A stretch of 64,000 nucleotides of DNA, from NCBI GenBank assembly GCA_964291235.2, contig OZ219816.1, forward strand, positions 1,728,001 to 1,792,000, given 5' to 3'. Positions 37,160-48,700 of this stretch are shown in pieces. The notes under the pieces were generated by a model that did no database searches, was not told where the DNA came from, and saw nothing but the letters and a program-made list of their open reading frames with translations. Position numbers and translations under genes: made by a program. This DNA comes from Vicinamibacteria bacterium (GTDB lineage Bacteria; Acidobacteriota; Vicinamibacteria; Marinacidobacterales; Marinacidobacteraceae). Each line of letters begins with the position of its first letter. The first letter of the stretch is position 1.

Positions 37160-38125
37160 TTACGCCCTGGCGCCAGCCGGAACGCGCCGCCCGGGGAACA
37201 TCAGCCAGGCGAAGAAGACAGCCGCGAGAGCTTCCGAACCCGTAGCCAGGCCCGCCAGTTTCGCCGCCACGAGCGCGGCGGTGAGCACCGCGGCGACCGC
37301 GCTCGCGGGAGCCCGAAGACGCTGGAGCGCGGAGACGAACTGCTGCGATTTCGGGCGCTCGGGATCGAGCCGCCGCGAGGCGATGAGGTAGTCGCGACCG
37401 AAGCCGATCAGGAAGGGGATTCCGAGGGCCGCCGTCGCGGGCGGCGCCCACTCGGGCTCGATGAAGGGCGCGAGACAGACCGCGACCAGGCCCATCTGGA
37501 AGCCGGCGAGGCGGCGCCGAAACGGGCTCGGGGGCAGCTTGCCCATCCGGCGGCCGAACCGTTCCTCCACAAACAAGGCGGCGCCGAACAGGTACCGCCC
37601 AAACCCGGCGAGGAGGTACCAGGCGGGCAATGTTCCGGTGGCGAACACCGCGATGCCACTCGCCGCCGCCAGGCCCAGGGCGTCGGCCTCAGCGTCGAGC
37701 CGGGCTCCGAACGCGCTTTCAGAACCGGTGCGGCGGGCGACGGCCCCATCGGCATAGTCGCAAAGAGCCGCCACGGCATAGAGGAGGCACGGGAGCCACC
37801 CGGCGAGCAACAGCCGGGCTTCGAGGGAGTTCGTCGCCGCAAATCCGGTCCCCGCGAGGACCGCCAGTACTGCGAGACGGAGGAGAGTCAGCCGGTTCGC
37901 CGGCCCCAGGGGACTTGGGGGGGATTCCCGGGCCGCGTAGCGCACCACGGCGAAAAAGGCAGCGAGCCCGACCAACCCTCCGGCGAGCGGGAGGCCGGTA
38001 AGCAGGACCGCAAGACCGAACACCGCTCCCCCGGCGAGGGCCGAGAACCGTCCCAGTTCGCGTCCGCTGGCGTTGGCGGAGGGAGACCTCGAGTCGTTCA
38101 GGTCAGGAACCGAAGGCGCAATCAA
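37160..38125 (-). CDS. CDP-alcohol phosphatidyltransferase family protein
   Basis: ANRLTLLR and DYADGAVARR...FGARLDAEAD signature; start uncertain. Confidence 0.9.
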   Translation of the reverse strand: MIAPSVPDLNDSRSPSANASGRELGRFSALAGGAVFGLAVLLTGLPLAGGLVGLAAFFAVVRYAARESPPSPLGPANRLTLLRLAVLAVLAGTGFAATNSLEARLLLAGWLPCLLYAVAALCDYADGAVARRTGSESAFGARLDAEADALGLAAASGIAVFATGTLPAWYLLAGFGRYLFGAALFVEERFGRRMGKLPPSPFRRRLAGFQMGLVAVCLAPFIEPEWAPPATAALGIPFLIGFGRDYLIASRRLDPERPKSQQFVSALQRLRAPASAVAAVLTAALVAAKLAGLATGSEALAAVFFAWLMFPGRRVPAGARA

Positions 38126-38383
38126 CAGCCTGTGGAAGAAGTCACGCGTAGTCCAGCCCGGTGTTCACTACCGGCCGTAAGCCGTCACCCGCCGGCCACC
38201 GCTCGCGATTCGTCCGTCCCAAGCGCATTCGCATACCCCCAAGTAGCGCTGTCCAGACAACCGCTCCTACCTTACACCGCCCGCGAGGCGCCGTGCCGAA
38301 GCCGACACGGCCGGAAGCAGCGGAGCCCCGTTTCGGACATACTCTGGCGAGCTAGCGCTGTTGCAAGGGGAGGTGACCGCGTC

Positions 38384-41300
38384 ATGAAGTTGACTGTCTT
38401 GGCTCTGGGGTTCTCGTTGGCGTCCGGGGTCGCCGCCGCACAGGACGGCGGGATATTGGGCACGGTAACCGACTTCGGCGGCGGAGCGCTGCCCGGGGTC
38501 ACCGTCGAAGTTTCGGGCTCGGCGCTCGCCAGCCCGCAGGTGGCGGTGACCGACCGCCGCGGGGAGTTCGCGTTCGCCGAGCTGGCCCCCGGCGACTACG
38601 TCGTCACCTTCAGCCTGGCCGGATTCGAGCAACTCGAGCGAGAGGTGGAGCTGACCGCGGGCGACACGCTCACGGTGGACGCGGAACTCCAGTTGGGAGG
38701 ACTCTTCGAGGAAGTGACCGTGTCGGTCACGGGGACCGCCATCGAGGCGCCCGCGATCAACATGCCGCACGCGGTGACCGTGGTCAGCCGCGAGACGCTG
38801 GAGCAACAGGGCAGCACCCAGCTCGTTGATCTCTTCCGCAGCCTGACGGTCAGCCACGGCGTGGTCGGCGAACGGAACAGTTGGTACAACTCGAACCAGC
38901 CGGCGACCCTCACCGAGAATGTCGCCAACGTCAACTTGCGCGGGCTGGGCGCCTCGCGGACGCTCGTGCTCATCAACGGCCGGCGCCAGGTGCCGGTCCC
39001 GGCGCGCCTGATCGGCGGGCGCTTCGTGGATGTGAACACGATCCCCTCGATCGCCGTCGGCCGGCTGGAGGTGCTGAAAGAGGGCGCCTCGGCGACCTAT
39101 GGCTCGGACGCGGTCGGCGGCGTCGCCAACTTCGTCACCCGCAGCGACTTCCGGGGCTTCGAGATCAACGTTGGGCACGACTACTACGACGGCGGGGGCG
39201 ACACCTCCGTCGCCGGGATCTGGGGCCTCGACATCGGTTCCTCGAGCGCCGTCTTCTCCATGGAGCGCGTCGGCCGCCAGGAGCTGCAGATGTCGGAGCG
39301 GCCCTGGACGCTCGACCGCCTCAGCGAGTACCCCCCGGGGACCCGCGGGGGCTGGTCGAGCCTGGGCAACCCCGGGACCTTCGCGGTGGGCGCGCCGGCG
39401 CCGTGGACCGCCGATGTCTTCGATCCCCGCTGCACCGATTTCGGCGGTATCGACGAAGGCTGGACCTGCCGGTTCCGCTACGCCCCGTACGACAACCTGA
39501 TTGACGAGCAACAACAGACCCGCGCGTTCGCCGAGATCAACGGTCCCCTGGGCGAAGGGATCGAGTACCACATCGAGGGACTGTGGGCCGACGCCGTCAT
39601 CCCGAACTGGTACACGACTCCGTCGTATCCACCGTTCCCGCTAACCAGCACGACGGTCATGGAGGTCGGGGCCGACCATCCGGGCCGCCAGGCGTTTTGC
39701 GGCGTTTACGGCGGGGACCCGAAGGCCGACCCGAACGGCGCCTGCCTGGACGGCTCCCCCTGGTACCTCAACGGCCGCCCGTACGGGAACTCGGGGCCCG
39801 GGCGCCGGCTGCGCCGCGAGTCGCGCACCCAGCGCGTGGCGGGTTCGCTGCACGGCGAGTTCATGGCGGGCGAACGGGACCTCCACTGGGACGCCGGCGT
39901 CAGCTATTCGCGGGCGCAGGGCAACCTGAACCTGCCGGCGGTCTATACGGACCGGATGTTCCGCGCCTTCCGCGGCTTCGGCGGCCCCAACTGCGGGGTC
40001 GGGGTGCAGGCGGACCACACGTCACCGGCGGGCATGGTGCTCGGGCCGCTGAACGGCGCGGTGGCGGGTCAGGGTCCCTGCATGTACTACAACCCGTTCA
40101 GCAACGCCGTCCAGTTCTCCGACCAGCCGGGATCGGCGCTCCAGAACACCGCCAACCCGGACTACATCGCCGAACTGGCCAACTCCGAGGACCTGCGGAC
40201 GTGGCTCAACGAGGAAGTGGACCTGTTCAGCACCTCGGACATGTTCGTGGCCGATCTCACGTTCAGCGGCAATGTCGTCGAGGATGTGGCCGACTTCGCC
40301 ATCGGCTACCAGTACCGCCGCATGGAGGCCAATGGCAACCCGAATGACCCCGGGGATGTCACCGTCAACCCCTGTCAGGTGGCGGGCGACACGACCTGCG
40401 CGCCGGGGCGGCGGTTCGGCCCCTACCTGTTCACGAACGTCCACCGCCCCTACGACGCGAGCCAGCAGGTGCAGCGGCTGTTCGGTGAGCTGGCCCTCAA
40501 GATCGGGTCCCGTATCGACACTCAGATGGCCGCCAACTACGAGTTCTACAACGTTGCCGGCCGCCGGGTGGACAGCTTCGATCCGAAGTTCGGCTGGCGC
40601 CTGCAGGCGGCCGAGAACGAGGACTTTTCTCTCTCCTTCCGTGGCTCGGCGCAGACCACCTTCCGGACTCCCTCGCTGGACGACCTGAACACCAGTCCGC
40701 TGACGACCCTCGAGTGGATCTCGGAGACCGGCGCCTACCAGGCCGTGGACCGCTTCGGGCGCACCGACCTGCTCCCGGAGCGGGCGTTCACCTACAACGC
40801 CGGCGTCGTCCTGTTCCTCGCCGGGGGCGTGGAAGCAACGGTGGACTACTGGACCTATGACTTCGACAACGTGATCGGGTCCATGCCCTACGACTCGATC
40901 TCGAGCCTGTACGCCAACGGCGATGACGCGACCCGGAACGCGGTGGCGCCGTTCATCATCTGTCCCGGCGGCCGGGCCTCGGAACTGGCGATGGCGGACC
41001 GCTGCGACGCGCAGAACCTCCAGCGCATCCAGATCGACCTGGTGAACTGGCCGGGACTCACCACCTCGGGGATCGACACCCACCTGGCGGCTCGCACCGA
41101 CGCCGGGTCGGGGCAGCTCTCGCTTAGTTGGGATTCCACCTACACCCTCCGCTACGACACGAAGGAACTGCTGCTCGAGGGCACCGATCTGGTGCTCCGG
41201 GAGGAAGAGGAGGCCGCCGGTTTCCTGAACTTCGCGCACCCGATCGCGGTGCCGCTTCCCCGCTGGAAGAGCCGCTGGTCGGCGTCTTACGCCTGGGACG

Positions 41301-41569
41301 CATTCCGGGCGGCGAGCTACGTGAACTACATCTCTTCCTACGAGGATCAGGGGGACGATGAGATCGTGCCTCTGATCGAGCCGTTCCTCACCTGGGACCT
41401 GAGCCTCCTGTGGCGCGGTCCTGCCGGGGTAAACCTCACGGTCTACGGCATGAACCTGACCGGGCGGGTTCCCCCGTGGGTCAACATCGAACAGGCGTTC
41501 GACGGCTTCACCCACGACGCGAAGGGACGCCGGATCAAGGCGGCGCTGAGCTGGCGGTTCGGGAGCTGA
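38384..41569 (+). CDS. TonB-dependent receptor with N-terminal carboxypeptidase-regulatory-like domain
   Basis: Signal peptide after GGAGG; plug motifs NLRGLGASRTLVLINGRR, EVLKEGASATYGSDAVGGV; terminal WRF. Confidence 0.93.
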   Translation: MKLTVLALGFSLASGVAAAQDGGILGTVTDFGGGALPGVTVEVSGSALASPQVAVTDRRGEFAFAELAPGDYVVTFSLAGFEQLEREVELTAGDTLTVDAELQLGGLFEEVTVSVTGTAIEAPAINMPHAVTVVSRETLEQQGSTQLVDLFRSLTVSHGVVGERNSWYNSNQPATLTENVANVNLRGLGASRTLVLINGRRQVPVPARLIGGRFVDVNTIPSIAVGRLEVLKEGASATYGSDAVGGVANFVTRSDFRGFEINVGHDYYDGGGDTSVAGIWGLDIGSSSAVFSMERVGRQELQMSERPWTLDRLSEYPPGTRGGWSSLGNPGTFAVGAPAPWTADVFDPRCTDFGGIDEGWTCRFRYAPYDNLIDEQQQTRAFAEINGPLGEGIEYHIEGLWADAVIPNWYTTPSYPPFPLTSTTVMEVGADHPGRQAFCGVYGGDPKADPNGACLDGSPWYLNGRPYGNSGPGRRLRRESRTQRVAGSLHGEFMAGERDLHWDAGVSYSRAQGNLNLPAVYTDRMFRAFRGFGGPNCGVGVQADHTSPAGMVLGPLNGAVAGQGPCMYYNPFSNAVQFSDQPGSALQNTANPDYIAELANSEDLRTWLNEEVDLFSTSDMFVADLTFSGNVVEDVADFAIGYQYRRMEANGNPNDPGDVTVNPCQVAGDTTCAPGRRFGPYLFTNVHRPYDASQQVQRLFGELALKIGSRIDTQMAANYEFYNVAGRRVDSFDPKFGWRLQAAENEDFSLSFRGSAQTTFRTPSLDDLNTSPLTTLEWISETGAYQAVDRFGRTDLLPERAFTYNAGVVLFLAGGVEATVDYWTYDFDNVIGSMPYDSISSLYANGDDATRNAVAPFIICPGGRASELAMADRCDAQNLQRIQIDLVNWPGLTTSGIDTHLAARTDAGSGQLSLSWDSTYTLRYDTKELLLEGTDLVLREEEEAAGFLNFAHPIAVPLPRWKSRWSASYAWDAFRAASYVNYISSYEDQGDDEIVPLIEPFLTWDLSLLWRGPAGVNLTVYGMNLTGRVPPWVNIEQAFDGFTHDAKGRRIKAALSWRFGS

Positions 41570-41591
41570 GCGGCGGCTGGCGGCCTGGCTG

Positions 41592-42611
41592 CTAACAGCC
41601 GGCGGCGGCGGAACCGGCCGCCGAACTCGTCAGCGCCGCCAGCGCGGCCGGGAGCCGAACGCCCGGGGTGCATTCGACGGCCTCGAGCGTCGGGCTGGCG
41701 GTGAGGGCGTCGTTCCCGACGGCGGCGGCCTGGAGTTTCAGGTGGGCGAACAGCGGCCGGGTGGGAACGAGGCGACCGCCCTGAAGGGCGGCGGGCATCA
41801 GCTTGAGGCCGACCGTGCCCCGCACGTTGCCGCCGATGGTCAGGATGCGTTCCCGCTCCGGCTCCAGCCGGACGACGATGTCGCAGTGCATGCGGGCGCC
41901 GACGCCGAGGTGCCGCCGCCGCTGGGCAATGGACGTGTAGGCGTTCCGCCGGCTGCTGCACAGCAGGTCGCCCGGCTCCACCGCGTTGTCCCCCACATCG
42001 TGGGCAATGAAGGCTGCCGGTGAGGAATCCGCGTCACGGGCGCGAATGGCCTGATCGACGTAGGAATGGTGCGCGATCGAGCGCTGAAACTGATCCGGGC
42101 TACCGAGGCCGCCCTCGCACATCACCCAGGAGATGAACGCGGCGGACCAGGGATCGCGCCAGCGGGAGGTCAGGCCGCCCGGCCCGTTCCACCTGCCGTT
42201 CTGGCGGTCGATCATCCACGACCCGCGCGGCGTCGCCGCCCAGTACCCGGCGATGGTCGGCGCGATGCGCGCGCCCTCCGCCGCATTGGCGGGCCGCCAC
42301 CACCAGCGCCGCGTTCCCGGAGTCCGGGGAGCGCGGGGGACCGTCTGGTCGACGACGTAGAACCCGAAAAAACCCCATTCCTGGACCGCGATGTCCACGA
42401 TGCGCCGCCGGGTTTCCCCGGTCGGCAGGTCGCGGCAGGCGCTGGACCCGACGCGCATGCGTCCCGGCGAACCCTCGACCAGCGCCGACGGCGGCGCGAC
42501 GTCGAACTGTTCCGCGGGGAGGCGGTCCAGCGGTGTTGTCTGGGCAACCCCGTCGGCGGTTGGCGCGAGCGTCGTCAGCGCGCCCAGCAGGGTGACGAAG
42601 ACCGACTTCAT
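41592..42611 (-). CDS. Secreted DUF2272 / CHAP-like protein
   Basis: Signal peptide; PWSAAFISWVM, PGDLLC, HCDIVV, IGGNV. Confidence 0.75.
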   Translation of the reverse strand: MKSVFVTLLGALTTLAPTADGVAQTTPLDRLPAEQFDVAPPSALVEGSPGRMRVGSSACRDLPTGETRRRIVDIAVQEWGFFGFYVVDQTVPRAPRTPGTRRWWWRPANAAEGARIAPTIAGYWAATPRGSWMIDRQNGRWNGPGGLTSRWRDPWSAAFISWVMCEGGLGSPDQFQRSIAHHSYVDQAIRARDADSSPAAFIAHDVGDNAVEPGDLLCSSRRNAYTSIAQRRRHLGVGARMHCDIVVRLEPERERILTIGGNVRGTVGLKLMPAALQGGRLVPTRPLFAHLKLQAAAVGNDALTASPTLEAVECTPGVRLPAALAALTSSAAGSAAAGC

Positions 42612-42665
42612 CCAGGTTCCCTCCAATTCAGATCGCGCCACCCAGGGGCTTGGCGGCACAAATTA

Positions 42666-44258
42666 TCAGGGTGGCGCGTCCCAGGCAGTCCGGTCAGGGA
42701 AGAACTCCGCCAGATTGCGGGGGAAATCGCTCATGCGCCACGCGGTGCCCGCCTCCGGAATCAGGGTGCGGGTGAAGCCGAGGGTCTCGAAGGGCGCCAG
42801 GAGCGAGGGGTCCTGGGAGAAGAGGTGGATGGGGGTCGCCCAGGTGTCGCTGTCGTGGAGGGACAGTTTCGGCGGCTGGTGGTCCCCGATGACGGCCACC
42901 AGCGCTCGGCGCGGGGCGAACTCCCGGAGGAAGCCACCCAGGATCCGGAACTGGTACTCCAGGCTGGTCACGTACCGATCGGAAAGTTCCGCAAGGTCCC
43001 GGTAGTCGTCGTGGGCCACGGAGCGGAGGGGGCCCTCATACGCGGTCCCGGCATCGAATCGACTCCAGGGAGTGACGTAGGGGGGCACCGGCCAGTAGGG
43101 AATGTGGCTCATGATCAGCGAGACCTTCGCGAACAGCGGCCGGGTCGCGTTTGCGATCTCCCGCCCGTGGAGCGCGTAGAGGGTGAACTGGTCCGGCACT
43201 TCCCACCAGCCCATCGCCGGGCCGCGGTAGCCGATACCCTGGCGGTCGTAGATTCGGTCGAAGCCGTACCAGTCGCCCTCGGGCCACGCTCCCTGGATGC
43301 CCGGCTCGAACGCCACCGTCCGGTACCCCGCCTCGTTGAAGAGACGCACCAGGCTGATCCGCTCGGATGCGAGCAGCGCCCGGTAGCGCGCCTCACGCTC
43401 GATCCAAACCCCGGAGAGCAGCGACGCGTGGGCGCGCCAGGACCCACCCCCGAAGGTGGGGCTCTGGATCTCGGCCGAGCGGTAGTCGAACCCCCCGGCC
43501 TCGGCATCCCCGGCCCATTGCGCGGCGGCGGCCTCGAGACGCGGCCGCCGGTCGGAATCCTCGAAGGCCGCCACCCCGTAGGACTCCACGAAGATCACGT
43601 AGAGGTCCGCACCGCCGAGATCGGGAACGCCAGGAAGCGGCGGCGTCGTGAGCGCGGCGGGAGGGTCCGCGAGCGGCGCGACCGCGAGGTCCCAGGCGGA
43701 ACGGAAAGCGGACCCGCCCGGCGGGGATAGCGGCGGGAGCAGAAAGAGGACGGCCGCGGCGCCCGCGGTCGCGAGGCGGCCGCGTCTTCCCAGGCGGACG
43801 CCAGCGCCAGCCAGGACTCCGAGGGACCAGGCGAAAAAGGCGGCCATCCCGCCGAGCACCACTCCGCCGGCGGGAATGACAACGCCGAGGGTCAGAGCCG
43901 GATGCACCGTTCCGAGCATCTCGGTCACGTTCCCCAGATGCGGAAGGTCTCCCGCCGGGTCCAGTGGTCGGCCAAGGAGTTCGGTGGCGATGAGACCGGC
44001 GATCCGGGCGGACGCGGCGAGCAGCAGGCCCACCCCCAACACGGCTCGCAGCCACCGGGGCCAGTGCAGCAGGCGGTCCGGCAACAGGGAGGCGAACCCC
44101 ACGAGCAGGAGGAGGTCCGGAGCGATGGCGATTCCCGGGCGCAGCCACGGCGCCCCGGAGGTGACGGCAACCGTGAGCAGCAGGTTCAGGCCGACGAGCG
44201 CCAGCAGGACCCGCGGCCAGCCACCTTTGTTCGTTTCCGTAGCCGTGCGGTCGTTCAC
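42666..44258 (-). CDS. Membrane protein with sulfatase/alkaline-phosphatase-like domain
   Basis: N-terminal TMs; IFVESYG, SPTFGGGSWRAH, SHIPY, GDHQP. Confidence 0.8.
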   Translation of the reverse strand: MNDRTATETNKGGWPRVLLALVGLNLLLTVAVTSGAPWLRPGIAIAPDLLLLVGFASLLPDRLLHWPRWLRAVLGVGLLLAASARIAGLIATELLGRPLDPAGDLPHLGNVTEMLGTVHPALTLGVVIPAGGVVLGGMAAFFAWSLGVLAGAGVRLGRRGRLATAGAAAVLFLLPPLSPPGGSAFRSAWDLAVAPLADPPAALTTPPLPGVPDLGGADLYVIFVESYGVAAFEDSDRRPRLEAAAAQWAGDAEAGGFDYRSAEIQSPTFGGGSWRAHASLLSGVWIEREARYRALLASERISLVRLFNEAGYRTVAFEPGIQGAWPEGDWYGFDRIYDRQGIGYRGPAMGWWEVPDQFTLYALHGREIANATRPLFAKVSLIMSHIPYWPVPPYVTPWSRFDAGTAYEGPLRSVAHDDYRDLAELSDRYVTSLEYQFRILGGFLREFAPRRALVAVIGDHQPPKLSLHDSDTWATPIHLFSQDPSLLAPFETLGFTRTLIPEAGTAWRMSDFPRNLAEFFPDRTAWDAPP

Positions 44259-45400
44259 GAGAAATTCGGGAGGGGCCGCTCCAGGCCGAAATGCCCCATG
44301 CGGAAATGGCGGTCCAGTGCCTCGAGGCCGAGCAGGAGATGGGCGCCGACATACAAGAACGCGTCCCCCGGAATGCGGCCGGTGGCGGCGTTCGAAACCA
44401 GGAACGGCGAAAACGCGCGAAGCCCGGTGTCGTCCTGCCGCCGGACGCTCATCTCGGTCAGGGTCCCCCAGATTTCGATCCCGGGACGCTTCTGCCGCGC
44501 CGGCTCGCCCGTACGGCCGTAGTACGCGAGCCGGAGACCGGGCATCCGCTCCCGGCAGAAGCCGAGGATCCGGGCGGCAACCTCCGGTGCGCCCTCGAGC
44601 GCGGTGGACGCGATCGCCGCGGCGTTCGAGGTCTGGACGATGTCGTTCGGCGAATACAGAAGCGTTCGCCGATCGTCAAAGAGGGTGGCCATCTCCGGCT
44701 GGAACACGTCATAGACGAGTCCGGCCGGGCTGCGCGCCGCCCGGAGGACCTCGTAGCTCCGCGCCGCCAGGTCCGCCAGATCCTGCCGACCGGTATCCCG
44801 GGCCACCTCCGCCAGGTAGTCCGGGGCGTAGTCCACGAGGAAGGAGTTCGTCGCGAAGTCCCGGCTCCCGAAGTTGAAGTAATTCCGGATGAGCAAGAGG
44901 CCCGCGGCCTCGCTCGCGTGCCGCGCATAGCCATCCAGGATCGCGAGCGCCAACTCCCGGTCCCGGGGGTCCCCGAACACCCGCGCTCCCTCCCAGAGCC
45001 CCTGGGAGACCCGGAGCGCTTCGGTGGTCCCGGAAGCGTCGGGGGCGTCTTGATCGTCCACCGGCGCCGGCGTCCGGCGCCACAGCACGAAACCCCGGGT
45101 GTACGGATCGTCGGGATCGTCCACGATGAGGCGGCGGACCGCGAAGTCCCGCAGCGCCCGGTACATCTCCCGGTCTTCGAGCCGGGCGGCGACCCGCAGG
45201 AGTTCTCCAACATCCACGGCGTAGGCGAAGCCGTTCGCCCGCGCGAAGTCGCCCGCCAGCACCCTGCCCCGCACCTCGCCGTGGAGCGCGATCAGCGCTT
45301 CCCGCGTCGCCGCCGCACCCGGCCAGGGGGCGCTCCGACAGGAGCCGCCCACGAGGATCGCGACGAGTCCCACCATCACCGGGACCCGGTTCCGCCGCAT
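44255..45400 (-). CDS. Hypothetical lipoprotein, possibly six-hairpin glycosidase-like
   Basis: Lipobox-like GGSC; 4-bp overlap with the next gene; function uncertain. Confidence 0.6.
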   Translation of the reverse strand: MRRNRVPVMVGLVAILVGGSCRSAPWPGAAATREALIALHGEVRGRVLAGDFARANGFAYAVDVGELLRVAARLEDREMYRALRDFAVRRLIVDDPDDPYTRGFVLWRRTPAPVDDQDAPDASGTTEALRVSQGLWEGARVFGDPRDRELALAILDGYARHASEAAGLLLIRNYFNFGSRDFATNSFLVDYAPDYLAEVARDTGRQDLADLAARSYEVLRAARSPAGLVYDVFQPEMATLFDDRRTLLYSPNDIVQTSNAAAIASTALEGAPEVAARILGFCRERMPGLRLAYYGRTGEPARQKRPGIEIWGTLTEMSVRRQDDTGLRAFSPFLVSNAATGRIPGDAFLYVGAHLLLGLEALDRHFRMGHFGLERPLPNFS

Positions 45401-45613
45401 CCGTCCGAGGATAGCCGGAAGGCGGACCGGCAGTCCGACTCCCAATCCGAGGAGCGCTGGCCTCCGGCCGGCATCGTTCCCCGCAGGGGAGCGAAACTCC
45501 GGTCGTCAATCTTCCTCACGTTCCCGCCACCGATCACGTCGGCGAAGGCACACGGGCGCTGCGCCGCCCCCGTTTGGGTGGGTGCTGTGCGGCGGATGCA
45601 ATTCGTGCGTCTC

Positions 45614-45654
45614 GCGGCCTCCGGCCGCGATGCCGGTCTGGAGACCGGCGCTCC
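45614..45654. repeat. REP-like double hairpin
   Basis: GCGGCCTCCGGCCGC followed by GCCGGTCTGGAGACCGGCGCTCC; second hairpin related to GCCGATCTGGAGATCGGCGTTCC in the 54-55 kb repeats. Confidence 0.6.
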
Positions 45655-45733
45655 TGGCCTCGCTCCCCGGTCCGCGAGCCAGCCCCTACAATGGGCAATT
45701 CCCCGGTTCTCCGTTTGGGAAGGAGGCTGTGAA

Positions 45734-48700
45734 GTGCGTACTTCTGCCCTTGTTCTGAGTCTTGTCGTTCTTTTGGGAGCCGCCGGTCCGGCGGTGGCGC
45801 AGCCGGAATCGCTGGCCGCGCTCTACGAGTTGGGCGGGGCCGTCTCCGACCCGAACGGCGACGGCGTCGCCGACCGGCTGAACGCCCGGGTCGTGCTGTC
45901 TGGCTCGCCCTCGGCAGCGGAGGTCGCGATCGCCGCTGATCTGGCTGCCCGGCTCGGATTCGAAACCATGGCCCTCAACCTTCCGATGCCCACCGACGCG
46001 GAAATGGAGATCGCCGTGGGTGACGAAGCGCTGTCCCGACTCGGGATGAGCGGGATGGGTGACCTCGCCGCCGGGTGGGGGGCCGTGGAGCTGCACACCG
46101 CCGGAGACTCGGTGATCGTCGCGGTCCGCGGCGGTGACGATGCCGGCCTCGCGGCCGCGGCCGCATGGCTCGCTTCGCGGGCGCCCCACGTCTTCCGCAC
46201 TGACGGCGAATCCCTCTCGGATGTCGAAGCGGCCGTGTTGAGCGCTGCCGGAGACGCGGCCATGGACGCCCACACGATACGGGTCGAGGTGGAGGCCGGC
46301 GCCCACGCGCTCGCCGCCGCTGAAGTGCGGGTGGGCGCGGCCGACGGCGCCGCCGCCGGCGCCATCGCTTCCGCGGTGGAATCCGCCGGGGACGAGCTCC
46401 GCTTCGACAGTCTGGCGACCCTCCGGGTAGTGGCCGCCCATTCCGGCGGGGAATCGGCCGCTTCGGTCAGCCACGACCCGCCCGCCCCGGATGCGGGCCC
46501 CGTCCCCGGGCGGCCGGGGTCCGGCTCCAAGAACGATCTGGGACTCGCCGTGCTCTACGAGCCGAGCGGGCTGCTCGGCGATTCCAACGGGGACCGCATC
46601 CCGGATCGGCTCGATTCGCGGCTGGCGGTGACCGCCGAGGATCCCGGCGGGACCGTCGCGCTCGCGGCGCGCCTGGGACTCGAGTCCTCGGGAATGGACT
46701 TCCCGGTGGCGACCGCGGCCGGCGACGTGGACGAACCGGGTGGGCAGCCGACCCTGGTGGTCGTCGGCACCGCCGGTGAGAATCCGCTGCTCGCGGATCT
46801 CGCGGTTCCCGATCTGGGGGCCGGCGAGGGCTTCGTCGGCGTGGTTCCGGAGGCGTTCGGCAAGAAGCACGCGCTGGCAATCACCGGCGGCGACCAGGCG
46901 GGACTCTCGCGGGCGCTCTACCAGACCGCGGTGGGCCTGCCCCACCTCGACGCCGCGAATCGCCGGAAGGACCATCCGACGGTGGACGGGGTTGAGTTCG
47001 CGGCCTGGAAGTTTCTCTCCCAGCGAAGCCCCGGGGGCCAGGCGGCGGCCGCGCTTTACAAGCTGGAACGGATCGCCGCCGAGGTCTCCCACCTGGGCAT
47101 CGGAAGCTCGAAGATCCTGGTGTCGGTGAAGGACCCGGCCCCGGGGCTCGACGACTTCGTCGCCGCGGCGGCGGAGCGGCTCGGACTCGGCGAAGCGAGC
47201 GTCGAACTGGACGACCGGAACGTGGACAACGCGGCGGTCATCCACGAAGAGGAGTTCGCGGTGCCGTCCGAGGTCGAGGAGTTCCGGGGGCTCGTGCAGG
47301 AGCGGTTGCTGCCGGCGGTCGGCCGGGGTGACCGGGTCCGGGTCATGGTCCACCTGAGCGAACCCGCCGCCGTGCGCCACTCGCTCCGGGATGAATTGGT
47401 GACCGACCTCCGGGGCCGCGGCGCCACGGTGTCGGACGGCGACGTGGTGGTGCTGTCGGCCTACCGGCAGGGCTACAGCTGGATCGAGGAAGTGGTGCTG
47501 CCGCGGCTGCTGGCGCTCCGCGAAGGCGGGACGCCGACGGCGCGTGTCCGGCTGCTCTTCCGGGAGCACCGCCCACCGGAGGATTGGCCCCAGCAGGCCA
47601 TGCACACCCCGCTGCGCTGGCAACACGCCATGTTCCCCGCCGACGAAATCATGGCCGAGGCGCTGTTGCTCGACCTGGGCGACGTGGGATACGAGCTGCG
47701 CGCCGAGCAGGACGCGCCCGCCTACCAGGTGGTGGCGGAGGACGCGAACGGAGAAGTTCTCCTCAACGAGACGTTCGAGCCGCGGCTGGTCTCCCGGCCC
47801 TTCATGGACCGGTATCCGGATTACGAGTGGATCCAGGTGACCACCGGCGGCATCACCGCGCAGGTGGACGGCGCAACGGTGGTGGACGAGCGGATCCGGA
47901 TGGACGCCGAGGCGTTTTGGGACCACTACCAGTCGGACACCCTGGCGAGGGTTTACGACTACATCATGGAACTCCACGAGGGGAAGCCGCGGGGGCCGGC
48001 GGACGCGCCCTACTTCGGCCAGTTGAAGGTCGTGCTGTCGCTTTCGGAGCCGGAGCGTCGGCTCGGAGTCGAACAGGAGATCGAGTCCACCCACGACGCC
48101 CTCCACGAGGACATCTATTTCGTCACCCACAGCTTCCTGCGGCACATCGGGCGCAACTCGCTGGGGACCGAACTCACCTACGGCGGACGGGTCATCCCCG
48201 AGATGCGCGGGAAGACGGACGGGACGCCGGGGACCGCGCACATCCTCTTCACCGGGTTCAAGACGAGTCGTCCGGCGATCGTCGTGGACTACACGACGAC
48301 GGACGGGACGATGGGAACCGTGCGGCGGAACATCCCCAAGGTAGAGGTGGGCCGGCCGCGCGCGATGACGGCGCGGGTGAGCGCCGGGAATTCCGGGCTG
48401 GATGCTCTTCGGCTGCGCGTCAAGGTGGACACCGACGCGGATGAGCGCGACTACTACGTGGAGCGGCACGGCGAGGACGCCGCCGACGAACGGATCATGT
48501 CCGCCGCGCAGACGACCCGGGTGGTGGAACTGCTCGGCGAACTGCGGGCGGCCGGTCTCTATTCCGACGAACTCGCGTTCGCCGGTCTCGGGGAGCTGGA
48601 AGTCGCCGCGTCCTGGACGTGGGACTACGAGGCGGACACCGAGCGGACGGTCACGCTGGCGGCGAACGGCGCGCCACCCCCCTTCCCCGACATCATGACC

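Noticed and set aside
38384-41569. TonB receptor as importer of the RiPP
   Set aside because: Separated by an unrelated gene, and such receptors are common; proximity is the only link.
44291-45733. Apparent 1861-aa M14 protein
   Set aside because: Extension is antisense to the 44255..45400 gene; RBS and signal peptide indicate a start at 45734.
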